This document shows, piece by piece, positions 1 to 11,310 of a stretch of DNA of 64,000 nt. Position 1 is the first letter of the stretch. Every line of letters begins with the position of its first letter. The stretch spans positions 256,024 through 320,023 of the forward strand of contig JBMNIW010000005.1 in NCBI GenBank assembly GCA_050951325.1, written 5' to 3'. A program made the translations under genes and the position numbers. The DNA is from Clostridia bacterium. Lineage in GTDB: Bacteria; Bacillota; Clostridia; UBA1212; DUPL01. The notes under the pieces are model-generated. The model saw nothing but the letters and a program-made list of their open reading frames with translations. It searched no databases and was not told the DNA's origin.

Positions 1-230
1 AATAATACAAATGATATGGTAAGCTGAGCAAGCAAAAGAGACAGTATAGGAATTATTCCACTAAGAAGAGGTATTGCAGTATCCTGCATCGGCAGAGCTG
101 CCAAGTCGGAAATCATAAGCGCTATTACAAGCTCATAGGGTTGAAGCTCTCCTATCTGCCTTTTTCCCATAACCCTTATTGTAGCAATGACAAAAGTATA
201 CATTATCAGAGTTCTGATAAAGCTTACCAT
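1..230 (-). CDS. DUF421 (YetF-like) membrane protein, partial (N-terminal part only; continues beyond window start)
   Basis: Reverse-strand ATG at 228-230. Translation begins MVSFIRTLIMYTFVIATIRVMGKRQIGELQPYELVIALMISDLAAL, matching the YetF N-terminal/DUF421 pattern. The ORF runs off the window edge. Confidence 0.5.
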   Translation of the reverse strand, partial: MVSFIRTLIMYTFVIATIRVMGKRQIGELQPYELVIALMISDLAALPMQDTAIPLLSGIIPILSLLLAQLTISFVL

Positions 231-338
231 TCAATCATTCCTTTCAAATTAGTTCTCCTACATAGTTTAATGGAAAATGAATATTTTATTCCGGACGGTA
301 CAGAATATATATAAATTCAATTTAAAAGGAGAGAGGAA

Positions 339-551
339 ATGACTCAATCAATGTTGGATGATAAGAACCTGACTGTTCTAGAAGATCAGTTAAATGCAGA
401 AGCTTTGGCAATCAAAAAGTACACCCTGTACAAGACTCAATGTACGGATCCGAATCTAAAATCCATATGCGAACATGCTGAACAAATGCATAGAAGACAT
501 TTTGATTCGCTTTACAGTTATCTGCAATCCCACAATAAACCAATGCAATAA
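339..551 (+). CDS. CotF-like (Coat_F domain) spore coat protein
   Basis: 70-aa ORF with a good SD (AAAGGAGAGAGG) upstream. It is small and helical with the Coat-F-like pattern (ALAIKKYTLYKTQCTDPNLKSICEHAEQMH). It is the first of two tandem paralogous small ORFs. Confidence 0.55.
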   Translation: MTQSMLDDKNLTVLEDQLNAEALAIKKYTLYKTQCTDPNLKSICEHAEQMHRRHFDSLYSYLQSHNKPMQ

Positions 552-560
552 GGAGGAAAT

Positions 561-821
561 ATGTTAACAGAACAGGAAATAATGAATGATGCTCTTATGA
601 CGGAGAAGCAGCTGATAAGCAGTTATGCTGTTTTTTTGGCTGAAACAAGCTGTCAGAATTTGAGGAATGAAATTAATAAGATTATAACTGAAACAGGACA
701 AGTGCAATTTGAAATATTTAATGCAATGAAATCAAGAGGTTGGTACAATGTCAAGAATGCGCAAATAAACGATGTGCAGGCAACGTATCAGAAGTATACA
801 CAGGTTAAGAATCAGTTATAG
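561..821 (+). CDS. CotF-like (Coat_F domain) spore coat protein
   Basis: 86-aa ORF with an SD (AAGGAGGAAAT ATG). The start lies 10 nt after the previous stop. The Coat-F-like sequence (LISSYAVFLAETSCQNLRNEINKI) is followed by a terminator. Confidence 0.55.
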   Translation: MLTEQEIMNDALMTEKQLISSYAVFLAETSCQNLRNEINKIITETGQVQFEIFNAMKSRGWYNVKNAQINDVQATYQKYTQVKNQL

Positions 822-826
822 AGGAT

Positions 827-860
827 AGCACAAGGAGTTGTTCCCTTGTGCTTTCTTTGA
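827..860 (+). terminator. Rho-independent terminator after tandem CotF-like genes
   Basis: Inverted repeat AGCACAAGG / CCTTGTGCT with an 8-nt loop, followed by TTCTTTG. Confidence 0.6.
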
Positions 861-942
861 TATAATCGTCTAGGTGTGCAAATGGCTACATAAATATTGT
901 GTGAAGTTTTGATTAAATTCATTGTTAAAGCACAAAATGTAC

Positions 943-971
943 TTGCAAATTTTTCATTAAAGTTATAAAAT
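943..971 (+). promoter_or_regulatory. putative sigma-A promoter of pta-ackA (TTGCAA-N17-TAAAAT)
   Basis: -35 TTGCAA at 943-948, then a 17-nt spacer, then -10 TAAAAT at 966-971, about 40 nt upstream of the pta start. Confidence 0.35.
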
Positions 972-991
972 CATAAATGGTGTTTTTTTAG

Positions 992-2002
<1,011 letters not shown>

Positions 2003-2020
2003 ATATTTTGGGAGGCAGTA

Positions 2021-3214
2021 ATGAAAAACATTTTAGTTATAAATTGTGGCAGCTCATCATTGAAGTACCAATTGATTGATGCAGAAAACAAAGCTATGCT
2101 GGCAAGAGGTTTGTGTGATAGAATTGGAATAGAAAACTCCTTTATTCGCCAGAGTGTAAATGGAAGCAAGGAATACAGAAAAGAAGTAGAGTTGCCTGAT
2201 CACAATGCAGCAATCAAAGAAGTAATAAAAGCTCTTACAGATAAGGAATATGGAGTAATCGAATCCCTCGAAGACATATATGCAGTAGGTCACAGGGTTG
2301 TACACGGAGGAGAATTTTTTAAGAGCTCAGTTATAATTGACGAAAGTGTTATCAAAGCAATCGAAAAATGCATTCCGCTTGCACCACTACACAATCCTCC
2401 AAACATAACTGGAATCAAGGCTTGCCAGAAGGCTATGCCTGAAGTACCACAGGTTGCGGTATTTGATACTGCATTCCATCAGACAATGCCAAAGGAAGCA
2501 TACATTTATGCTTTGCCTTATGAATACTATGAGAAATATTCAATTAGAAAATACGGCTTCCACGGCACATCTCATCAATATGTAGCTGAAAGAGCTGCTG
2601 ATCTGTTGGGCAAGCCACTTGAAGAAACCAGAATCATTACATGTCATATTGGCAATGGTGGTAGCATATCAGCTATTAAGGGTGGAAAGTCAATAGACAC
2701 ATCCATGGGATTCACACCTCTTGACGGCCTTGTGATGGGAACAAGAAGCGGAATCGTTGATGCTGCTGCAGTTCTTTACATCATGGAAGAAGAGAATCTT
2801 TCCTGTAATGAGATGAACCTTATACTTAACAAGAAGTCCGGTTTACTTGGTGTATCAGGTATCAGTAATGACATGCGCGATGTTACTGATGCGAAGGATA
2901 ATGGCAATGAAAGAGCCGAACTTGCAATAAAATTGTTCAATTACAGAGTCAAGTCATATATTGGTCAGTATATGGCATTAATGGGTGGAGCTGATGCGAT
3001 AGTATTTACAGCAGGTATTGGCGAGAACAACCCTGATACCAGATATGAGTGCTGCAAGAACCTTGAGTTCCTTGGAATAAAGATTGATCAGGACAAGAAT
3101 AACAAAAAAGACGATGAGTTTGAAATATCTACAGATGATTCCAAAGTCAAGGTCTTTGTTATAGCTACCAATGAAGAGCTGGCAATAGCTAAAGAAACCG
3201 TTAAACTTGTGTAA
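2021..3214 (+). CDS. ackA: acetate kinase
   Basis: [18 protein letters not shown]... is the canonical acetate kinase N-terminus and the ORF is full-length at 397 aa. It lies immediately downstream of pta, with an SD GGGAGG. Confidence 0.93.
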   Translation: MKNILVINCGSSSLKYQLIDAENKAMLARGLCDRIGIENSFIRQSVNGSKEYRKEVELPDHNAAIKEVIKALTDKEYGVIESLEDIYAVGHRVVHGGEFFKSSVIIDESVIKAIEKCIPLAPLHNPPNITGIKACQKAMPEVPQVAVFDTAFHQTMPKEAYIYALPYEYYEKYSIRKYGFHGTSHQYVAERAADLLGKPLEETRIITCHIGNGGSISAIKGGKSIDTSMGFTPLDGLVMGTRSGIVDAAAVLYIMEEENLSCNEMNLILNKKSGLLGVSGISNDMRDVTDAKDNGNERAELAIKLFNYRVKSYIGQYMALMGGADAIVFTAGIGENNPDTRYECCKNLEFLGIKIDQDKNNKKDDEFEISTDDSKVKVFVIATNEELAIAKETVKLV

Positions 3215-3314
3215 TCTCAAATAGGTATTGACATTTGTGTAATTTTTTATGTATAATAAATTCTATCGGTCTATGCATTTTTTTGCGCATACCGGTATTT
3301 ATTAGGAGGTGTTA

Positions 3315-3500
3315 ATGATGATTGGTCCAAAGAGAAGATGGTCTAAAGCGAGAACAAGAAAAAGAAGAGCAAATTACAAGATTTCTGCTCCAAATTTGGT
3401 AGAATGTCCACATTGCCATGAATATAAATTACCTCACAGGGTATGCGGTGCATGTCAACAATACAAGGGTCGTGAAGTTTTCGCTACAGCCGAGGAATAA
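3315..3500 (+). CDS. rpmF: 50S ribosomal protein L32
   Basis: The basic N-terminus (GPKRRWSKARTRKRRANYK) and the Cys pairs CPHC...CGAC are typical of L32. SD GGAGG at 3303-3307, so ATG 3315 is preferred over GTG 3309. Confidence 0.85.
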   Translation: MMIGPKRRWSKARTRKRRANYKISAPNLVECPHCHEYKLPHRVCGACQQYKGREVFATAEE

Positions 3501-3524
3501 TATATATTCATGAATGGAAATCAA

Positions 3525-3552
3525 GCAGTAGTCGCAAGACTGCTGTTTTTTC
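3525..3552 (+). terminator. Rho-independent terminator after rpmF
   Basis: GCAGTAGTC-GCAA-GACTGCTG hairpin followed by TTTTTTT. Confidence 0.6.
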
Positions 3553-3575
3553 TAGAAAATGAATGTTTTTACAGC

Positions 3576-3606
3576 AAAGACGAAACCATTCGTCTTTCTT
3601 TTTTCG
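3576..3606 (+). terminator. second tandem Rho-independent terminator upstream of der
   Basis: AAGACGA-AACCAT-TCGTCTT hairpin followed by TCTTTTTTCG. Confidence 0.5.
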
Positions 3607-3663
3607 TATTTTGATAAATTAATGGTATAATTGTTTAGGTAAGAATATATTAGGAGTAGTACT

Positions 3664-4992
3664 ATGAAAAAACCAGTAGTCGCTATAATTGGGAGACCCA
3701 ATGTAGGGAAAAGTACATTTTTCAATTTTATAGCAGGAAAAAGAATATCCATAGTTGAAAACATACCTGGAGTTACAAGGGATAGAATATATGAGGACGT
3801 GGAGTGGCGCGGACGAATTTTCGCCTTTGTTGACACCGGAGGACTTGAGATTGACTCAAAAGACAGCATTTTGATGCAAATGAGACGTCAGGTAGAGATA
3901 GCTATTGAGCTTGCCGATGTCATATTGTTTATGGTAGACGCAAAAGATGGAGTTACTGCCAATGACAAGGAGATTGCCAACATGCTGAGAAGGTTTGGCA
4001 AACCCTTATTACTGGTAGTCAACAAAGTTGATAATATTGGCGAGCCTCCACCAGAGGTTTATGAATTTTACAATCTGGGCATTGGCGAGTTTTTCTGCAT
4101 ATCCTCATCCCATGGCCTTGGAATAGGTGAGGTTTTGGACAGGGTTTATGATTTGTGTCCTGAAAGTAAGTTTGAGGATGACGAGGAGGACATTATCAAG
4201 GTTGCAGTTGTAGGAAAACCCAATGTAGGCAAGTCTTCCTTAATTAACAAGATACTGGGTGAGGATAGGGTTATTGTAAGCGATGTTCCTGGTACTACAA
4301 GGGACGCTATTGACACTTATTATACAATTGATGACCAGAAGTTTTGTTTCATAGATACTGCAGGACTAAGAAAAAGAGGAAAGATAACAGACAATATTGA
4401 AAGATATAGTACCATGCGTTCATTGAGAGCGGTGGATAGAAGTGATGTTGTGTTGGTTTTAATTGATGCCACCGAAGGAGTAACAGAGCAGGATACTAAA
4501 ATTGCTGGTTATGCACACAATCAGGGCAAGGCTTCAATAATCCTGGTGAATAAATGGGATTTAATAGAAAAGGATTCCAAGACTGTTGAAGAATACAGGA
4601 ATGCGGTCTACAACAAGCTTGGATTTATGCTATACGCTCCTATCGAGTTTATTTCAGCCAAGACCGGTCAGAGAGTAAACAAGTTGGTTGACATGATACA
4701 ACGTGTTGCATCTACCAGCGAAACAAGAATACCCACCGGCATGTTGAACGATGTTCTAAACGATGCAATGCTTATGGTCCAGCCTCCTTCCGACAAGGGC
4801 AGGAGACTTAAGATTTATTATATGACGCAGGTGAAGGTAAAACCGCCTACATTCGTCATATTCTGCAATGACCAGAAACTTTTTCATTATTCATACTTGA
4901 GATATATAGAAAACCAAATGAGAACCAATTTTGGATTTGAAGGCACTCCTTTGGTGTTCATAGTAAGGGAAAGAAATGAGGATGATAAATAA
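3664..4992 (+). CDS. der: ribosome-biogenesis GTPase Der (EngA), double GTP-binding domains
   Basis: Two G-domains are present (GRPNVGKST..DTGG and GKPNVGKSSL..DTAG..NKWD), followed by a KH-like C-terminus. SD AGGAG. Confidence 0.93.
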   Translation: MKKPVVAIIGRPNVGKSTFFNFIAGKRISIVENIPGVTRDRIYEDVEWRGRIFAFVDTGGLEIDSKDSILMQMRRQVEIAIELADVILFMVDAKDGVTANDKEIANMLRRFGKPLLLVVNKVDNIGEPPPEVYEFYNLGIGEFFCISSSHGLGIGEVLDRVYDLCPESKFEDDEEDIIKVAVVGKPNVGKSSLINKILGEDRVIVSDVPGTTRDAIDTYYTIDDQKFCFIDTAGLRKRGKITDNIERYSTMRSLRAVDRSDVVLVLIDATEGVTEQDTKIAGYAHNQGKASIILVNKWDLIEKDSKTVEEYRNAVYNKLGFMLYAPIEFISAKTGQRVNKLVDMIQRVASTSETRIPTGMLNDVLNDAMLMVQPPSDKGRRLKIYYMTQVKVKPPTFVIFCNDQKLFHYSYLRYIENQMRTNFGFEGTPLVFIVRERNEDDK

Positions 4993-5595
4993 ATGTTTTA
5001 CGGAATAATTTCCATCATCATTGGCTATCTGTTGGGCAGCATAAACTCCGCCGTACTTATATCCAATATATTTTACAAAACTGACATAAGATCAATGGGA
5101 AGTGGTAATGCAGGAACTACCAATGTGTTAAGAAGTCTAGGTAAAAAAGCTGCTGCTTTTACCTTTTTGGGTGACTTCCTGAAGGGAATAATAGCTTCAC
5201 TGATTGGTATGCTGCTGTATAAGGAAATGGGGCTTGTTCTTGCTGGTGGTGCTGCAGTTATAGGGCATAACTGGCCTGTATATTTCGGATTCAAGGGCGG
5301 GAAAGGCGTTCTTACCTCTTTTTCCGTACTATTGTTTGCATCCCCATGGGCTGCTTTGATTGCACTGGCATGGTTTATCGTAATAGTTGCCATAACCAGA
5401 TATGTGTCCCTTGGATCAATCACTGCTGCTTTAGTAGTTGTAATAGCTACATATTTTACAGGGCACGGGTTTGATACTCCAACCTTCTGGCTTACGGTAT
5501 TTGTAGCAGTTCTTGTAATAATTCGTCATCATTCAAACATAAAAAGACTTCTAACTGGAACAGAGTCAAAACTGGGTCAAAAGAATAAAAACTGA
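4993..5595 (+). CDS. plsY: glycerol-3-phosphate acyltransferase PlsY
   Basis: Starts at the der stop (TAAATG). A 200-aa polytopic membrane protein carrying GSGNAGTTN and HNWPVYFGFKGGKGV motifs. Confidence 0.9.
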   Translation: MFYGIISIIIGYLLGSINSAVLISNIFYKTDIRSMGSGNAGTTNVLRSLGKKAAAFTFLGDFLKGIIASLIGMLLYKEMGLVLAGGAAVIGHNWPVYFGFKGGKGVLTSFSVLLFASPWAALIALAWFIVIVAITRYVSLGSITAALVVVIATYFTGHGFDTPTFWLTVFVAVLVIIRHHSNIKRLLTGTESKLGQKNKN

Positions 5596-5718
5596 ATATT
5601 TGCCTCCCTTGTCATAAATGAAAAATTAAAAACGACAGCTTGTAATATTTTCAATTAACAGGAATATATATATGTTGTATCCGTATTAAGACAAACATGA
5701 TAAGGGAGGTTTCAAATA

Positions 5719-7197
5719 GTGGATAGATATGATATTTATCAGCAGATTGCCATAAGGACCAAAGGTGATATCTATATCGGTGTTGTAGGTCCTGTACGAA
5801 CTGGCAAGTCTACATTTATCAAAAGATTCATGGACCTTTTGGTCATACCAAACATAAGTGATCCCTACGAGAGAGAACGTGCAGTGGATGAGCTGCCACA
5901 GAGTGCTGCTGGCAAAACGATTATGACAACCGAGCCAAAGTTCATACCAAATGAAGCTGCACAGATCACTGTTGGTGGAAACATCCAGCTTAAGGTAAGG
6001 TTGGTGGACTGTGTTGGATACCTTGTCAACAATGCACTTGGGTATCTTGAAAACGACATGCCCAGAATGGTTGACACACCTTGGTTTGATGATCCTATTC
6101 CATTTGGAGAAGCTGCTGAAATTGGCACCCAGAAGGTAATAAATGAGCACTCCACCATTGGCATTGTGGTCACCACTGATGGAAGCATAACGGAAATAAG
6201 AAGAGAAGACTATGTGGAGGCGGAAGAAAAGGTTATAAAAGAAATGCACGATACAGGAAAGCCTTTTGCAATTCTTCTCAATTGTGTTGATCCAAATGCG
6301 GAGCATGTGCCTGAGTTAAGAGATAATTTGTACGAAAAATACAACGTCCCTGTAATTCCCGTCAACTGCAGCGAAATGGAACAGAGTGATGTCAATTTAA
6401 TAATGAGGACAATTCTCTATGAGTTTCCAATCTGTGAAATTGGGTTCAATGTACCGCAATGGATGGAAAGTCTGGATTATGACGAAAACCTCAAAGTTGA
6501 TTTGATAGAAGCTATCAAGGAAGCATTTGCAGAATGTGACAGATTGAGGTCCGTTGAGGAATGTGCAAACCTTATTGAAAATGCACAGTTTATCAAGAGG
6601 GCACAGATAACGGAAGTTAATGCAGGCAAAGGTACTGCTTTGATTGAGCTTGCTATGCCCGATGAACTCTTCTACAAGATTCTTTCCGATAGATCCGGTC
6701 TTGATATAAATGACGATAGAGCGCTTATCAACATGATTAAAGACCTTGGCAGAATAAAGAGAGCGTACGAAAGACTTGAATATGCTTTAAGGGAAGTTGA
6801 ACTAAAAGGTTATGGAATTGTTATGCCAACCGTTGATGAGATGAGGCTTGAAGATCCTGAGATTGTAAGACAGGGCAACAGGTTTGGCGTGAGATTAAGA
6901 GCGTCGGCACCATCGATCCACATGATAAAGGCTGATATAGAAACAGAAATCGCACCTTTTGTCGGAACAGAAAAACAATCCGAAGAGCTTGTAAATTACA
7001 TACTAAGCGAATTTGAAAGTGATCCGAACAGCATCTGGTCGTCAAACTTGTTTGGCAAGCCATTGAATGAACTCATGAGCGAAGGATTGTCAAATAAATT
7101 GAGCAGGATACCTGATGACGAACGTCTCAAACTCCAGGAAACAATTGAAAGAGTCATTAACGAAGGTAGCGGAGGACTTATCTGCATAATCCTGTAA
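5719..7197 (+). CDS. spoIVA: stage IV sporulation protein A (spore coat morphogenetic ATPase)
   Basis: GTG start with GGGAGG 9 nt upstream. The N-terminus DIYQQIAIRTKGDIYIGVVGPVRTGKSTFIKRFMDLLVIPNI is near-identical to the Bacillus SpoIVA Walker A region. 492 aa. Confidence 0.9.
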   Translation: MDRYDIYQQIAIRTKGDIYIGVVGPVRTGKSTFIKRFMDLLVIPNISDPYERERAVDELPQSAAGKTIMTTEPKFIPNEAAQITVGGNIQLKVRLVDCVGYLVNNALGYLENDMPRMVDTPWFDDPIPFGEAAEIGTQKVINEHSTIGIVVTTDGSITEIRREDYVEAEEKVIKEMHDTGKPFAILLNCVDPNAEHVPELRDNLYEKYNVPVIPVNCSEMEQSDVNLIMRTILYEFPICEIGFNVPQWMESLDYDENLKVDLIEAIKEAFAECDRLRSVEECANLIENAQFIKRAQITEVNAGKGTALIELAMPDELFYKILSDRSGLDINDDRALINMIKDLGRIKRAYERLEYALREVELKGYGIVMPTVDEMRLEDPEIVRQGNRFGVRLRASAPSIHMIKADIETEIAPFVGTEKQSEELVNYILSEFESDPNSIWSSNLFGKPLNELMSEGLSNKLSRIPDDERLKLQETIERVINEGSGGLICIIL

Positions 7198-7274
7198 CCA
7201 AATATATTAATACAGAATATCGGGAAGCTTGTATAAGTTTTTCGGTATTTTTCTATACCTGATTCTAATTTTTA

Positions 7275-7283
7275 TGCTATAAT
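7275..7283 (+). promoter_or_regulatory. putative extended -10 element (TGCTATAAT) for the metY-like gene
   Basis: TGnTATAAT lies about 40 nt upstream of the start. No S-box or T-box structure is recognisable in the 120-nt leader. Confidence 0.35.
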
Positions 7284-7321
7284 GTACAATGGATTCATAA
7301 TAACAGATGGAGTGAAGATTG

Positions 7322-8587
7322 ATGCACATAAATACCAAATGCGTACAGGAAGGTTATAACCCCACTAAGGGTGAACCTAGAGTCATACCCATAATTCAAA
7401 GTACAACTTTCAAGTACGATACGGCAGAACAACTGGGTGACTTGTTTGATTTAAAAACAGATGGTTTTTTCTATTCTCGACTGGCTAACCCCACAGTTGC
7501 AGCTGTTGAAAGAAAACTGGCTTCATTGGAAGGTGGGGTTGGCTGCGTTTTAACCTCTTCCGGTCAGAGTGCCAATTTCTTTGCAGTATTAAACATCTGC
7601 CAGGCAGGAGACCATGTAATATCACAAAGCGCCATCTACGGCGGAACATACAATCTATTCAACAACACAATGAAGGATATGGGTATAGAATTCACATTTC
7701 TTAAGCCTGATGCTACAGAAGAAGAAATTGAAAGCGCATTCAGAGAGAATACCAAATGTGTATTTGCAGAATGTCTTTCAAATCCATCTTTGAACGTTCT
7801 TGATGTGGAAATGTATGCAAATTACGCCCACAAACACGGTGTCCCCCTTATAGTTGACAACACTTTTCCAACCCCTGTAAACTTGAGACCTATTGAATAT
7901 GGTGCTGACATAGTAACACATTCAACAACAAAATATTTGGACGGACATGCAGTAAGTCTTGGTGGAGCAATAATAGACAGCGGCAACTTTAATTGGGACA
8001 ACGGCAAGTATCCCAAACTTACAACTCCGGACGAGTCCTATCACGGCATTATATATACTGAGAAATTTGGCAAAGGTGCATATATTGCAAAACTTACTAC
8101 TCATTTAATGAGAGATATAGGCGCAATGATGTCTCCTCAGAATGCCTTTTATCTGAATCTGGGACTTGAAACTTTGTTTTTAAGAATGGAAAGACATTGT
8201 CAAAACGCACAGGCCGTAGCCGAGTTTCTTGAAAATCATGAAAAAGTCACTTGGGTCAATTATCCGTCATTGAAATCAAGCAGCCAGTACGAAAAGTGCA
8301 TGAAATACATGCCTGAGGGTACCTGCGGCGTTATTTCATTCGGTGTAAAGGGCGGCAGGGAAAGTGCAACAAAATTCATGAACAATCTGAAGCTTGCTGC
8401 AATTGTAACTCATGTGGCAGATCTTAGGACCTGTGTAATCCATCCTGCAAGCACAACGCACAGGCAAATGTCGGATGAAGAGCTTGAAGTTGCTGGAGTT
8501 GCCCCAGACCTTATCAGAATGTCCATCGGAATTGAGCATGTTGATGACATAATCAAGGATATTGAACAGAGTTTGGAGAAAATATAA
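7322..8587 (+). CDS. metY: O-acetylhomoserine aminocarboxypropyltransferase / sulfhydrylase (PLP-dependent, Cys/Met metabolism family)
   Basis: The PLP lysine motif HSTTKYLDGH and the family-typical N-terminus (TKCVQEGYNP...IQSTTFKYD) are present. ATG 7322 with GGAG 9 nt upstream is preferred over TTG 7319. Confidence 0.85.
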   Translation: MHINTKCVQEGYNPTKGEPRVIPIIQSTTFKYDTAEQLGDLFDLKTDGFFYSRLANPTVAAVERKLASLEGGVGCVLTSSGQSANFFAVLNICQAGDHVISQSAIYGGTYNLFNNTMKDMGIEFTFLKPDATEEEIESAFRENTKCVFAECLSNPSLNVLDVEMYANYAHKHGVPLIVDNTFPTPVNLRPIEYGADIVTHSTTKYLDGHAVSLGGAIIDSGNFNWDNGKYPKLTTPDESYHGIIYTEKFGKGAYIAKLTTHLMRDIGAMMSPQNAFYLNLGLETLFLRMERHCQNAQAVAEFLENHEKVTWVNYPSLKSSSQYEKCMKYMPEGTCGVISFGVKGGRESATKFMNNLKLAAIVTHVADLRTCVIHPASTTHRQMSDEELEVAGVAPDLIRMSIGIEHVDDIIKDIEQSLEKI

Positions 8588-8604
8588 AGATAGGAGAATG
8601 ATAT

Positions 8605-10062
8605 ATGATTACACTAGATAGAGTACTTGAGCTTTTCAATGAGTTAAATACGTATCCGAGGGAGTCGGGAAACAGAAAACCAGTTGCAGATTATCTGTGT
8701 AACTTTGCACAGGAAAAAGGGCTTGAGTATTACAGGGATGAATACGAAAATGTTGTTATTAAGAAAGAAGCCTCAAAAGGCATGGAGAACAGTCCGTCAT
8801 TGATTCTGCAAGCCCATTATGACATGGTTTGTGTCAAGGATGAAGATGTGGACCATGACTTTTCCAAAGATCCCATAACCTCATATATCGAAGATGGCTG
8901 GCTGAAGGCAAGAGGGACAACACTTGGAGCCGATAATGGCATCGGCGTAGCAATAATGCTTGCATTTCTTGAAAGTGATACAATAACCCCATATCTGGAA
9001 TGTGTCTTTACATCGGACGAAGAAACAAACATGGAAGGCGCAAAGTACCTTGACAAGAGTATTCTTAAAAGCAGGTATATGATTAATCTTGATGAGGAAA
9101 CCGAGGACAGCATTACTGTTTCTTCAGCAGGAATTTCTGATATCAGGTTGAATTACAGCAAAAATGATATTCTGGAAGAATACGTAAACGAGACTAAAAC
9201 GGTTGTAGAGATAAATATTGATGGATTGAAAGGTGGTCACTCCGGTATAGATATTAAATACAACAGGGTTAATGCAATCAAACTTGTATGCGACCTTTTG
9301 TATTGGCTTTCGCCGTTCAATGTTGAAGTTTTGGATATCAAGGCAGGAACCCATATGAATGCCATTCCGAAGGATGCTTGTGTTATTTTGTCTGTAGAAA
9401 ATGACACTTATGATAATTTTAGAAAATTTATAGACAAATATACACGAGAAAAACAGCTAAAATACAAGGAAGCAGAACCCGGTTTTACCCTTGTTATGCA
9501 AGAGTCAGACAGAATATTTGATAAAAAACTTAAGGATAGTTTTGTGACTTCGTTAATAAAAATGGTGAGTGAACTTCCTTGTGGCGCACTAGCATTTGAA
9601 AGGGAGATAAAAGACGTGGTAGAAACATCTGCCAACATTGGTAGAATTGTTTCTGAGTATGATATTTTATCCGTATGGGTTAGTGTAAGAAGTTCTGTGG
9701 ATGAAAAACTTGATAGTTTGGTCGAAACAATTACAGTTACTGGTAAGAAATATGAATCCGAGGTAAAGGTAGGTTTTCATGAGTATGGATGGCCTGTAAA
9801 CAAGGATTCAAAACTTGTACCGTATCTTTTGAAGATAAAGGAAGAAAGGAAGGAGAAACTGCCAAAAGTAGTTGGTATCCATGCTGGTCTTGAATGCGGA
9901 ACATTTTCAAGAAAAATAGAGAATGCAGACATCTGTGCAATAGGACCGAATATTATGAATCCTCATACTACCAGTGAAAAAGTAGAGGTTAAGTCAATTG
10001 AAAACTTCGTTGGATTTTTAGAGACGGTTATTAATAGGTTTGATGAAATTGAAAGGCATTAA
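8605..10062 (+). CDS. pepD: aminoacyl-histidine dipeptidase (M20 family, PepD-like)
   Basis: 485 aa with M20 metal-binding motifs (HYDMVCVK, GADNGIGVA, DEETNMEGA). Strong SD AGGAG. Confidence 0.8.
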   Translation: MITLDRVLELFNELNTYPRESGNRKPVADYLCNFAQEKGLEYYRDEYENVVIKKEASKGMENSPSLILQAHYDMVCVKDEDVDHDFSKDPITSYIEDGWLKARGTTLGADNGIGVAIMLAFLESDTITPYLECVFTSDEETNMEGAKYLDKSILKSRYMINLDEETEDSITVSSAGISDIRLNYSKNDILEEYVNETKTVVEINIDGLKGGHSGIDIKYNRVNAIKLVCDLLYWLSPFNVEVLDIKAGTHMNAIPKDACVILSVENDTYDNFRKFIDKYTREKQLKYKEAEPGFTLVMQESDRIFDKKLKDSFVTSLIKMVSELPCGALAFEREIKDVVETSANIGRIVSEYDILSVWVSVRSSVDEKLDSLVETITVTGKKYESEVKVGFHEYGWPVNKDSKLVPYLLKIKEERKEKLPKVVGIHAGLECGTFSRKIENADICAIGPNIMNPHTTSEKVEVKSIENFVGFLETVINRFDEIERH

Positions 10063-10073
10063 GCCTTTCAATT

Positions 10074-11306
10074 TCATTTATATCGTCTTTCAATTTCTTC
10101 CCTTACAATTCTAGTCCATTTAACAATGGCATTTTCATCGCCTGAAACAGTTTCAACATCTTTTAATGTGATATCGAACACGCATTTGTTTGCGTCGAAA
10201 ATGTCGAAAGCCTCACGCAACTCCTTACGAACATAATCTTCATCGACACCAAAGGAGACCGCCGTGGATGGATTGGGCCGCCACGAAAGAACATAGTGAT
10301 TACCAATCTGTTCAGCGCATTTTTTCACATCTGCAAAAGGTGAAACGGCTATTCTTCGTAAATTCTTAAGACTTTTAATAATATCGATTTTATATGTAAG
10401 ATCCTCACAGCAACCATATGCTACAAGACCGTACCTTTCCAGGATTGGCTTTTGATAATCGAACATGAATTCCTTAAACAAAGCAGGACCAAAAGTGGTA
10501 AACTCCTGAGCTGCCATGTATCCCCAAAGTTGTTTTGCTGATACGGAACCTTTACCAGCTGCTGGAGGTTGAAGTTCTCTTGCATAGGGCATTGCCTGGT
10601 TCTGATGATTTATTAACTTAAACCCATTTGCTGATTCTGTCTGCTCCATATGCATCAATATCTTGCTTTGCATAAAAGAGAGGAGTCTGTGGAGCCATGC
10701 AGGTCTGTCGTAGACATCCCACATTATCTGTTCAAGGCCTCTAAGTTGCGCAAGTATTGTTGATATGTCATTTACCCACATGGAACTAAGAATGCCTTGT
10801 CTGTCCACTTCCACAGGCATGATATCGCCAATCAAATCATTTAGGTGATCAAATCTTTCCTTCGTAACTTTTTCATCCACTTCATAGTCCATAACATGAA
10901 GCTTTTCTATGTCTTCCTCTTTCAATATCGAGGGCATGAATTTGGCAGCTCCACCAGGGACCTTGTCACTCAAGTGTGCTGGCATACCGTATACTCCCAA
11001 AGGTGATGATTTTAAATGTGCACGCACCACCACCCAAGGTTCTATTATTGTGTCATCATATAGTTTCATGCGATATCTGTTCATCAAAAAATTTATCTCC
11101 AAACTTCTCAATGTCGGAGTTTGACACTTTATTTCGTTTTTATCTATAAATTCATGAAAAGGTATTGCACGTATATACACCGGAGGATAAGCAAATTCTA
11201 GACTATTGTGATTTGTCCACAGTTTCCGTCTTCTTTGCATTTCATCGGATTGTGCATATTCCATTGTTTCTTTTGCCAGATCCCTGATTCTCATTCTTTC
11301 ATTCAT
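10074..11306 (-). CDS. hypothetical protein, possibly uroporphyrinogen-decarboxylase (URO-D)/MtaA-like TIM-barrel family
   Basis: The long minus-strand ORF has a C-terminal pattern (YGCCEDL...WRPNPS...DITLKDVETVSGDEN) loosely resembling the URO-D family. The annotated ORF start at 11399 would overlap the upstream kinase gene by 89 nt. I therefore prefer the internal ATG at 11304-11306 (MNERMRIRDL), 5 nt after the kinase stop. Confidence 0.45.
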   Translation of the reverse strand: MNERMRIRDLAKETMEYAQSDEMQRRRKLWTNHNSLEFAYPPVYIRAIPFHEFIDKNEIKCQTPTLRSLEINFLMNRYRMKLYDDTIIEPWVVVRAHLKSSPLGVYGMPAHLSDKVPGGAAKFMPSILKEEDIEKLHVMDYEVDEKVTKERFDHLNDLIGDIMPVEVDRQGILSSMWVNDISTILAQLRGLEQIMWDVYDRPAWLHRLLSFMQSKILMHMEQTESANGFKLINHQNQAMPYARELQPPAAGKGSVSAKQLWGYMAAQEFTTFGPALFKEFMFDYQKPILERYGLVAYGCCEDLTYKIDIIKSLKNLRRIAVSPFADVKKCAEQIGNHYVLSWRPNPSTAVSFGVDEDYVRKELREAFDIFDANKCVFDITLKDVETVSGDENAIVKWTRIVREEIERRYK

Positions 11307-11310
11307 AAAG

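Noticed and set aside
5686-6306. 206-aa and 107-aa antisense ORFs overlapping the spoIVA 5' region
   Set aside because: They overlap the highly conserved SpoIVA ATPase domain on the other strand, and their translations have no protein-like features.
7198-7321. S-box (SAM) riboswitch or T-box leader upstream of the metY-like gene
   Set aside because: The leader is only about 120 nt, AT-rich, and lacks the conserved S-box helices and T-box specifier/antiterminator sequences. Only a promoter-like TGnTATAAT is visible.
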